This document shows, piece after piece, positions 27,263 to 35,987 of a stretch of 64,000 nt of DNA. The notes beneath the pieces were generated by a model. The model was not told the origin of the DNA. It worked only from the letters and a program-made list of their open reading frames with translations, and ran no database searches. This DNA is from a virus. Location: IMG/VR virus record IMGVR_UViG_3300045988_154312, positions 128,001 through 192,000 of that record; one strand, 5' to 3'. The position numbers and the translations under genes were made by a program. Positions within the stretch are counted from its first letter, which is position 1. Every line of letters begins with the position of its first letter.

Positions 27263-27649
27263 ATGAACAGAGATCGTCTCGTAGCTAAAGCCATCCTCGA
27301 TGCTCAAGTAGCATCCGATGGTGGTAAAGGTATCCGCGAGATCATGCATATGAACAAGAGTGCATGGTATCGCGGATACGATGTAAAAGACAACTATATC
27401 GAGAAGGCACTAACACTGATCAATTCTGATTGGAACAGTGCGTTTCGATATAGAGTCGTTCATAATGGAGAAAATCTGCTCGTTTACTTTACTTGTAGGG
27501 TAAACGGGCAGAAGCTCCAAGTATCGTTTCATACTTATGGTTTCACTAAGTTTAAACGATACTTGAAAAGAAATGACGCCTATCATCTAGTATGGGATCG
27601 CGAATCCAGTCGCGATTCCGCCGTAGAGATATGGCGTCATTTTAAATAA
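27263..27649 (+). CDS. Hypothetical protein
   Basis: Strong SD AAAGGAGGTGA. GC-richer codon usage. Confidence 0.65.
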   Translation: MNRDRLVAKAILDAQVASDGGKGIREIMHMNKSAWYRGYDVKDNYIEKALTLINSDWNSAFRYRVVHNGENLLVYFTCRVNGQKLQVSFHTYGFTKFKRYLKRNDAYHLVWDRESSRDSAVEIWRHFK

Positions 27650-28019
27650 TTCAAGTGTCCATGAAAGGAGGTGATGCTACCATGGACACACGTAAGAGCT
27701 GGCAATCTCGGAATATACTGCCCAGGAGTTGACTTGCCTGGTGGTCTGCTATACGTAGCAGGGATGTGACAACACAAAAGATAGCTTTAGTACGTGCGGA
27801 GTGGGGAAAGCATGATCGCATGCACACAATGATGGCGTACTCAGGCCTAATAAGAGTCTTTCGACAATACAATCTTATTAGGCATCAGGGTGTGAACAGC
27901 AAGTACGATCTTTTGATCGACTCCTGAAGATGATATTAAAGCTGTTCGTTTTTGGAAGTGAAAGTTATGAAAGATGTGTAAGCGTCGTGAGTTAGGACGC
28001 TATATAAATACTAACTCAT

Positions 28020-28063
28020 TCTTTATATAAGGATCTTATATATATAAGGTCTTTATATAAGGA
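28020..28063. repeat. Three abutting AT-palindrome-containing repeats upstream of 28144 gene
   Basis: TCTTTATATAAGGA / TCTTATATATATAAGG / TCTTTATATAAGGA in tandem, about 80 nt before the start codon. Confidence 0.6.
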
Positions 28064-28143
28064 ATATACTTTTTTATTCCTTTGTTTTTTTGGCCCAATA
28101 TTTAAGGGCTTTTAGTTTAGGGCACAAGCCCGAGGAGGTAGCT

Positions 28144-28740
28144 ATGACTACTTTAAATTTAAGAAAATTTTTCTGTTTCGGTATTGAAAACGTGAAAGGT
28201 GAAACCTTCCACGGTACAAAGGAGGCAAAACTTGCCATGAATGTGGCAACCAGCATTATGGAATTTTACCATAATGCTGGTTTTGAAAAAGTCGTTGCAA
28301 CTAATTGTAACGACAACATCTTCGTGAAGGATAGCACTGGCAGACTGCTAGCCTTCGTGACAGAAGTCTGCCATCTCGAGGCGAACGGTTCGAAAGAATA
28401 TAGAACCGCTTATTGGGCATGGAATGAGGTGAAACGCCAAGCCCAAATTGTAGCCGAAAAAGCGGCGGCGAAGAAAGCTTCGGCGAAGGTCGACGCCGAA
28501 GCAAAAGAAGGTCGTGAAGTTGCGACCGAGAAAAATGCTACCATTAAGGGTAGCATCGAGGTTAGATCTCCTCAAAAAAAGACTACCTATTATGCGATTC
28601 GGAAGGGTCGCACAATAGGAATCCTCACCGATTGGGGTGAGGCATCGGAATCCGTTACCGGATATTCCGGTGCGGTATTCAAGAAGTTCAGCGTCCTAAA
28701 GGATGCTGAAGAATATATGAAAGGTGGTGATGACGAATAA
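28144..28740 (+). CDS. Protein with C-terminal RNase H1-type RNA:DNA hybrid-binding domain (no RNase H catalytic domain)
   Basis: SD GAGGAGG. C-terminus TYYAIRKGRTIGILTDWGEASESVTGYSGAVFKKFSVLKDAEEYM matches the Cauli_VI/RNase H1 N-terminal domain pattern. Ala/Lys linker upstream. Confidence 0.7.
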   Translation: MTTLNLRKFFCFGIENVKGETFHGTKEAKLAMNVATSIMEFYHNAGFEKVVATNCNDNIFVKDSTGRLLAFVTEVCHLEANGSKEYRTAYWAWNEVKRQAQIVAEKAAAKKASAKVDAEAKEGREVATEKNATIKGSIEVRSPQKKTTYYAIRKGRTIGILTDWGEASESVTGYSGAVFKKFSVLKDAEEYMKGGDDE

Positions 28741-28778
28741 TCACTCCCTGTTTCGTTGTACTGAGAGGAGGTGAATAC

Positions 28779-29069
28779 GTGAAACAGTACAACTATAAAC
28801 ATTGCCCTGTTGTCAAACTAGCATGTGGTGAAGTCCACGTGCTAAGTGGCGACAAGGGTAGAAAATTCTTGAGCTGGTTCATATACGTCCATAAAGCGGA
28901 CGTGTATGATCCGCTTAAGGAACGCGTCTGGGTGATCGAATACGGTCGCCCAGACGAAATCAAGAAAGAATGTCTCGTTGCTGCTATCCAACCGTATGGC
29001 TGGAAGAACATCGGGACATTCAAAAAGACATACTCTAAATATTTGGAGTATGTCTCCAACAAATCCTGA
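28779..29069 (+). CDS. Hypothetical protein
   Basis: GTG start after GAGAGGAGGTGA. Confidence 0.55.
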   Translation: MKQYNYKHCPVVKLACGEVHVLSGDKGRKFLSWFIYVHKADVYDPLKERVWVIEYGRPDEIKKECLVAAIQPYGWKNIGTFKKTYSKYLEYVSNKS

Positions 29070-29220
29070 GCCAGCATCAGCGCCCGACCACCGAGGCGCT
29101 AGTAATAAATATCGGAATAATATTTCTAATAAAAGCTATCTGTCAAAAATTGATTAATTAAAAACTCGGCAGTAGATAGATAGCTAATAATAAATTAATA
29201 CTGCCGAGGAGGAGTTAAAG

Positions 29221-32200
29221 ATGAAAAAAGTAAATGTTACAACAAATAACACAATAGTTAAAGCTGCAGGCATGGAGCTAGTTGCTCCAACCGTAGCAGT
29301 AGTTATTAAAGAAAATGCACGTGTATCAAAACGCGTGCGTAAATCTTTAGTTTGCAAACGTCGCGAGGAAGTAAAGAAGGCGAAAGCCTTCGCCGCTTAC
29401 GTTACGGCATTAAAGAAAGTAGCTCAAAACGAGCCAGCCGTAGTTCCTAGCGACAATCGCAAGTCGCAGAAAAAACGTGCTGGAAGAGCTCAACAACGCT
29501 GCATCGTTGCGGCAAAGGAGCTGTTGCAACAGCAACGCTCTAATGAGCTGGAGGCACGCAAGCTTCGTCGAGAAAAAGGCCTAGTATTCAAACCGATTGG
29601 TTTGATTACACGCAAAATTTCACCAATCGAAAAAGCTGCTTTATCTGTTAAACCTTCCCAACATTTATTGGAAAGCGTGAATGTATTGGACAATCGTCCA
29701 AGCATTAACGTGCGTTGCGTAGTGGCGCACAAAATGAAGAAATCCTTCATTTATACGATGAAGGTCACATCGATTAATCGGTGTGGAATCTTCAGCGACA
29801 TCGACGTTAAGGCTGGCGCCGTTGTCGAAACAGGAGTCTTCAATGCTAAAGGTAGTATTGAAGATTTCACAAAATCCTTAGTCAAAGACATCTGTCTCGA
29901 TACATTTGTCTTTGACTTTGGCGAGTTAAAAGGAAGCGACATCACGGACGCTTTTGAAGAGCTTGCCGAAATGAAAGGGTTTGCTGATCTATTACCTACA
30001 GCAGCAAGCCCTTCTCAAATTCGCGGCAATCAATTAATTCTTTGCCGTGAAGATCTAGGGTATGCCGTTATTGACCGTGTTCATTTATTGACCGGTAAAT
30101 TAACAGCTGGTAAAGGCGAGTTGTCTGTAGGTAAAGCAGCTAAGCTCTTGACACGAGCAGGACAACCTAACGTAGCTGGCAAAGAATTGAAAATCGACTT
30201 AGATAAAGAATATTTTATCGTAGTCGACTCTTTCAATAAAGGAGATAATTTCGACGGCCAAAGCTTCCACAACCACGAATGGTTCTGTGAAGGCTACGGG
30301 TTGCCGTTCTTCTTTGATACTTATCATCAATCTCGGTTGATGTATATGGCGAAAGAAGGATCTCAACCTTTGAGCCGCGAAGTAATCAATCGCTGGGGTA
30401 AGGAACTTGTTGTTAGCGATAAGGCCTATATTTGCGGCAATAACGCTGCTAAAATTGGCCGTGCCAAAGACTTCAAGAATATTTGGGTCGTTGGCAACGT
30501 TGACGGCGAATGTATTTCTATCCATGACTTGAATGGTTGGAAAGCTTCGCCTGCAGAGCAACAAGCTGCAGAACAGGAAATCTTGAAAGTTATGGCCTTC
30601 ACTCATGAAACTCCTGCAGTAATTGGGTCTCAACCTTTACAATTTACGATGATCGATAAAGCTCATCGTAGTTTAATTGCAGAGTATGCAGTTAAACAAA
30701 AAGTGGCTGAATTTGAACGCAGTATCGAAGCAGTTCTAAAAGGCGGAGATACTGGTTTAGCTATCGATGCAGGCCTTATGGTCGATTACAATAGTTCTAT
30801 TAAGAACAACGTGATCTTAGCATCTAAAATGGCTGCTATTGCCGACAAAGCTGCTAAGATCCTCGAAGGTCCTTCTTTCGAGGGTCAAAAAGAAAGTAGA
30901 TCTTTAAAAGGTGTAGTAGACCCTACATTGCTATTCCTTGACAAAGGTCTATTAAAAGAAGGTGAAGTTGTCGTTTCTGATCGTACATACAAAGCGATGA
31001 AACGAAACGATGGCTTACACCAACTAGTATGCGTGATCTTTAGAAATCCACATGCTGGCGAATTCTACCGTGCACGCATAATTTCTGTTTCTATGTTCAA
31101 GAAACGTATTCTTGGTTTACAAGTTAAATACAACTTGTTCACAGAAATAGAATTAGCAGTTGTTCTTAATGCAGTAAAAATGCTTAACGACAATTGCTTG
31201 ATCACGACAGGTACTGATTATTTCAAATCCTGTTGTGGCGGCAGCGACTATGATACAGATAGCTACGTTGTATGTGTATACGAAGACGCTGCTATCTTCT
31301 CTCATCGCATTGAACGTTCTGTTCATATTCCAAGCGAAATGGGAGCAGACAAGATCGTTGTTTGGAACAGACACGATCAATTGGTTGTCGAAGTGTGGAA
31401 AAATGCCATGAAAGCAACTAAGACAGATGTTGGTAGTTATGCAACAATCATAGCAAAATCTTCGGGCTTACTTGCAGAGCCAGCTGGCAGCGCTGAAGTT
31501 AAAAATGCATTTAAACTTATTAAGGAAGACGCATTAAGCGCTCGAAAAGTTGCTATCGACAAAGAGTTGATTAGCGGCGATGAGGAGGTTCAATATGAAG
31601 GCTTCTATGAAGAAGGCAAAAATATTGGAGAAAAGGATATTAGCAACGAAAAATTGCAAAATATCTACTTGTCTTACGTTCAAAGCCATCTTACTCCTCG
31701 TGAAACAATGAGATGGTTGTTGGATATCTTGTTAACTGGTCCAGCTGCTATGGGTATGATTATCGATATCCCTAAAACACAGCTAACAGTTAATATACCA
31801 TCTGGCGATCTTTTCGAACGCTTGAGCTTAATGCGCAAGAAGTTCCAGCCTAAGATCGCTGAAAACGATGGCAAGTTTGTGGCTGCTACATTTGACTTTA
31901 AAGTTAAAAAATATGTAGCAAGTGCAAATCCATCTACTTGCGGTGGTTTTATTACATCTCTTGGCGGTCAAGAGAGATATTATATCTCCGACGTCTTGTA
32001 TAGAGACATTATGGTACCTACAGCCAAGGCTATGGCCGAAGTTATGAACCGTGTAGCCAAAGAATTAGGTTATAAAGGTCGTAGCGAAGGCGAAAGAAAT
32101 CTTGAAAATAAGGTTGTCGAAATGGGCAATCTTATTCTCGAAGATTGCCGCAAGTCCATTTTCAGCGTCGACGCTGATGGCGTAACTGTCAATAATTTAA

Positions 32201-33690
32201 AGACAGCTTTGCCATACGTCGCTGATATGGTGGCAAGTGCTCTTGGCAAGGGCAACAAATATTCTTTAGCAAAAGAAGCAGGTTTTATCTATAGCGAAAA
32301 CTGTTTCGCTAAGGAATATCTTGATGAATTGGCTGATCAATTCGGCGAAGAAAGATTGTACGTGCCTGTAACTGTTTACGGCCGTGATAACGTTGCATTA
32401 AATATGTACCGCTACCACGACTTCGAAACAGGTCGTGAAGGAGAGTACGTATCTTTCTTCGACGGAATTAGCAGCGACAACTGCTTGTTCTTAAGCGAGA
32501 AGATTTGCGGTCAATTCGAACTTTTCCGCAAAGGAAACACAGCTTACGTCATGAAAGACGTAAGAGATTCCTTTAATGCAGTAGAATTGAAAGGACGAAT
32601 CGCGTTGAGAACTCGTACGGAAAATGCATCCGATGAGATCTTTAAACTCGTTAAGTGGAACGCTTTTGCTCCTGTGGAACAAAAGGCAGAATTCTATTTA
32701 ATGAGCAGTAGCTGTGCTCGTTCTAAAGGAGCTTTGTGGTACGGCAAGAATAAAGAAGCCATTGGTGATGGCTTGTTCATTCTTGCTTCTGGCAGCAATA
32801 AAGTTCCTAAAGGCACACCTATGCAAGTGTGCAAGTTTGATAAAGAAGGCGGTAAATACGTCTTCAATCAAACTGGCGAAGGTAAATTTGCTATTAAGGT
32901 GAACATTGATGAGTTGTGCTTCAACTATATCGATGAAAACAAAGATAGCAAAAAGAACACTATTCTCTTGTTGATGACAAAACAAGAGTCTTGTGTTGTA
33001 TTGCCAGATCCAGAAAAACCTTTAGTAGAAGAAGTTAACGAAACTCCTACTGTTGAAGTCGTAGCAAAGGCCGGAGACTCTGCTACGAAGAGCGAATGGT
33101 TAAGCATGGATAACTATAAGCGCGAAGAAGGCGCGATGGTTATCTGTGCGACTGGCCATCGTTCAGATAAATTAGGTTGCGGCAAGGGAGATGATTGGAG
33201 CTCCAAATCTCCTAAGCTACAACCTGTTCGCGATAGAATCGAAGCGAAACTTCGTTCTATCCTCGATTTTCAAGTCCTAGCGGGCGAAAAGAAATTTGAG
33301 TTGATCAGCGGTATGGCGTTAGGCGTTGACCAACTGTTCTTTAGCGTAGGGAATCAGTTACGCAAAGAATATGCTGAGCAAGGTATTACAATCGTATTAA
33401 CGGCTGCAGTGCCTTGCATTGAGCAAGACGGCATATGGAAAGACGATTGCAAAATCTCATATGCTGCTATGCTTAAGGCAGCTGACAAAAAAGTTCGTAT
33501 TTCTAATAAGAAGTACGAAGACGATAAAGGCTGCATGCAGCGCAGAAACCGTTTCATGGTAGACAATGCCGATATGGTATTGGCTTACCATGATGGAAGC
33601 GAAGGCGGTACTAAGAACTGCATCGACTACGCAAAGAGCATCGGTGCAGTAATAGAGAACGCCTTCGAGGGTCCGGAGGAAAATAAATAA
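29221..33690 (+). CDS. Giant protein with an RdRP/YonO-like two-barrel polymerase signature (DxDxD) fused to a C-terminal YpsA/DUF1273 SLOG domain
   Basis: SD [17 protein letters not shown] (aa 608-614), then [14 protein letters not shown] (D676/D678/D680). The last ~185 aa align motif by motif with B. subtilis YpsA. Basic N-terminal ~130 aa. Confidence 0.85.
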   Translation: [1489 protein letters not shown]

Positions 33691-33713
33691 CCCTCCGGGT
33701 CCCCCCTTCTACG
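33690..33713 (+). promoter_or_regulatory. Hairpin (accc-TCC-gggt) + CCTTCTACG element directly after the polymerase stop codon
   Basis: The same CCTTCTACG 9-mer follows a GC hairpin at 36709-36738, also directly after a stop codon. Confidence 0.4.
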
Positions 33714-33912
33714 TTAACCGAAGTAAGACGTGGGAGGAACGACAATTACATATGAAGATACAGGAGTATATTTATCATTCTACGATAGATGTGCTCTGGC
33801 ACTGCTGTGCCGAAATTTTATTTGAGATTTATAAGGGATTTTCCCTGCCGGGGGCCTCCTGACGGAGAGTCCCCTGCGGGGCAAGTCCTATATAAGTCGA
33901 AGTTGTGTTTCC

Positions 33913-33933
33913 GGACTCCGTCCCGAAACATTC
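33913..33933 (+). promoter_or_regulatory. Hairpin-TCC-GAAA motif copy (variant)
   Basis: ggac-TCC-gtcc followed by cGAAACATTC. Confidence 0.35.
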
Positions 33934-34003
33934 TTTGAAGCAGTTATGCATATATATGCGTAACTGTCTTTAGTGAAGATATTGGGCGTTCTGCGATAGA
34001 AAT

Positions 34004-34025
34004 GTCGCTCCGCTCCGAAATCATC
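34004..34025 (+). promoter_or_regulatory. Hairpin-TCC-GAAATC motif copy (degenerate stem)
   Basis: gtcgc-TCC-gctcc-GAAATCATC. The flanks match the consensus but the stem is weak. Confidence 0.3.
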
Positions 34026-34480
34026 TATGAGGAATTTTTATTCCTTATCGTCTTGGACCACGGAGACGTTAAATACACGCTGAGTGGTCGTCTTTGGGGG
34101 AAGCCGGACGTTAAAGGAGCTTCCCGATTTTTATAATATTATATGTGGACGGTCCATATTGAGTTATGGCGTGAGTTCGTGGTCACAGCCGTTCACATAT
34201 AATATTATCTTTCAGCTGAGCGGTAGACCCGCCGATATCGTCCTAACTTTGTCCTTAGTGGCAGTCATAGGAAGTAGAATCGGCGGGACTACAAAATGCT
34301 TCCGGTGTGGCTTATTATACACGACCGGGGGGACCGTCAGGAGTATATTTGTTACTTCTGGCGGTATATAAATTATCTATTAATGGTTAGTGGCGACCGT
34401 CCACTTTAAAATACCGGCAGGAGAAAAAGATAAAGTTGATTTAAGTTTTAAAATCATACGATAAGTATGATATCTGTAAT

Positions 34481-34771
34481 ATGTTCTTAGACTTTCTTAG
34501 CGGAAGTCTAGATTTTAAAGAATCTTCGTTAGAAGCAAAAGTAACGAATTTGTTCTTTGAAGAAAACGGAAATCTTCTAATTAATGTATCTGCTATGGCG
34601 GATACATCAATAGGAAGATTAAAATCTCTTTTACAATTCAAATTCACAGGAGAAGTTTTGTCCTGCGAGTTTGAAGGTATTGACTACACTGTTCCCCATG
34701 CACAAATCATGGGAGAATTGGTAGATGCAATAGAAAAATTGTGTCTACCTATGTATGAGGAGGAAGAATAG
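34481..34771 (+). CDS. Hypothetical protein (possibly N-terminal part of a TAG-interrupted gene)
   Basis: 96-aa ORF with no SD. Same frame as 34844..35155 and separated from it only by TAG 34769-34771 plus open codons. Confidence 0.4.
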   Translation: MFLDFLSGSLDFKESSLEAKVTNLFFEENGNLLINVSAMADTSIGRLKSLLQFKFTGEVLSCEFEGIDYTVPHAQIMGELVDAIEKLCLPMYEEEE

Positions 34772-34843
34772 ATAAAGACCATCGATTTCAAATATAACGC
34801 AGAAAAATACTGCGTTAAAAATTTCTTAGACGATTCTGGATTA

Positions 34844-35155
34844 TTGTCCAGAAAAGTCTGGTTCGATGACCGTGAGGGGTGTCCTCACGACCGAAAGGAC
34901 CTCAGTATTGTTTCTGTTGTAGATAACATGGCAACATGTGCCTACACAGAGTTAGACAGGAATATCGGTGAATTTGTCGAGCTCACCGTAGAAGTTCCTG
35001 TCGGAAATCTTCACCTTCGCGGTTCAGAAGCCGTTGAGGTGGAATATGAACGTATCCTTTCTACTATAGATGAAGAAGCCGCGGCAATAATCCGCGGCTT
35101 AGTGTGGGAGAAGGAAAAAGATGCAGCTGTTGCCGGCTATAACGGCTGCATCTAA
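34844..35155 (+). CDS. Hypothetical protein (start uncertain)
   Basis: Only a TTG start and no SD. The frame is open back to the TAG at 34769. Followed by a strong terminator. Confidence 0.45.
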   Translation: MSRKVWFDDREGCPHDRKDLSIVSVVDNMATCAYTELDRNIGEFVELTVEVPVGNLHLRGSEAVEVEYERILSTIDEEAAAIIRGLVWEKEKDAAVAGYNGCI

Positions 35156-35171
35156 TTTAATAGTTTATTCT

Positions 35172-35204
35172 AGAGAGCTCCATATGGGGCTCTCTTTATT
35201 TTTT
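35172..35204 (+). terminator. Intrinsic terminator
   Basis: agagagc/gctctct stem, then ttatttttt. Confidence 0.7.
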
Positions 35205-35222
35205 AATAGGAGGCATACTGTT

Positions 35223-35552
35223 ATGTTAAACCGCACTGAACATTCTGTAAAAATTTATAATACCATTGGCGTAGAAACGCCAGATATGGTATTAGAACAA
35301 TACAAAGGGGAACCTATTAGAGTTTCCTGCGAATCTCGTAAAGTCGATACCATCGAAGGTATTGATATTTATGAAAATATTTATGGTGAGGTCACTGGCC
35401 TCCCAGAATTTGCGGAAGGCGTATACTACGTCGTTTCCGCTATGGTGCGTCAAGCACTACCCGGGAGAAAAGACTTACTTTCTCCTGGTCAATTAATTAG
35501 GAATGAGGCCGGACAACCAATAGGTTGCCTAGGTCTTGTTCGCAACAGTTAA
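35223..35552 (+). CDS. Hypothetical protein
   Basis: SD TAGGAGG, then ATG at 35223 (MLNRTEHSVKIYN...). Terminator downstream. Confidence 0.65.
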   Translation: MLNRTEHSVKIYNTIGVETPDMVLEQYKGEPIRVSCESRKVDTIEGIDIYENIYGEVTGLPEFAEGVYYVVSAMVRQALPGRKDLLSPGQLIRNEAGQPIGCLGLVRNS

Positions 35553-35559
35553 GTATTTT

Positions 35560-35609
35560 AGCTTTAGTCGTAGGTATATTATATATCTATGGCTAAAGCT
35601 TTATTTTTT
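35560..35609 (+). terminator. Intrinsic terminator
   Basis: agctttagtc/ggctaaagct stem (one G-T pair), then ttatttttt. Confidence 0.7.
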
Positions 35610-35966
35610 GTTAATAAATATTATAATTATACTATTAATAGAGACATTGATGGCGTAATTATGATATTTATATTTTTTTTATAAATATCGTCCGGCGACA
35701 GGTGTCCGCCCACATTGTTTCGGCACTCACGAAATCACGTTTTTTTATAATATAACGTGAGTGTTATGTGGGCGGTACCGTATTTGCCTTCCGACGCTTG
35801 CGACGTTGGGCTCTGGGCCCGCGTTGCTTCGTCTCTGGTCGGCAAATACTCACCTGTCGCCTCTATATGTATTCCGGCAGTGTCCCTTCGGGTCGTATGT
35901 ACGGAATATATTTTTTTCTTATGTATGCGATCCTGCTGTGGTCGTTTACTAGTGTGTTTTTTATAT

Positions 35967-35987
35967 GACGCTCCGCGTCGAAATGTT
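35967..35987 (+). promoter_or_regulatory. Hairpin-TCC-GAAAT motif copy
   Basis: gacgc-TCC-gcgtc-GAAATG, 77 nt upstream of ATG 36044. Confidence 0.5.

Noticed and set aside
27651-27872. 73-aa minus-strand ORF between genes 27263 and 28144
   Set aside because: It would be the only minus-strand gene in the block. It has no SD and overlaps several strong hairpins (27655-27689, 27844-27884), so it is probably non-coding spacer.
29221-33690. T7/N4-like single-subunit RNAP or family A/B DNA polymerase identity for the giant protein
   Set aside because: I could not find motif A/B/C-type signatures (DxxSxxxQ, RxxxKxxxxxxYG, HDSF/YGDTDS). The only Asp-triad context matches the RdRP/two-barrel pattern instead.
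34084-34371. 95-aa ORF inside the structured spacer after the polymerase gene
   Set aside because: It has a non-ATG start, no SD and a Gly/Ser/Arg-rich junk-like sequence. It spans the long-range inverted repeats, so non-coding structured sequence is more likely.
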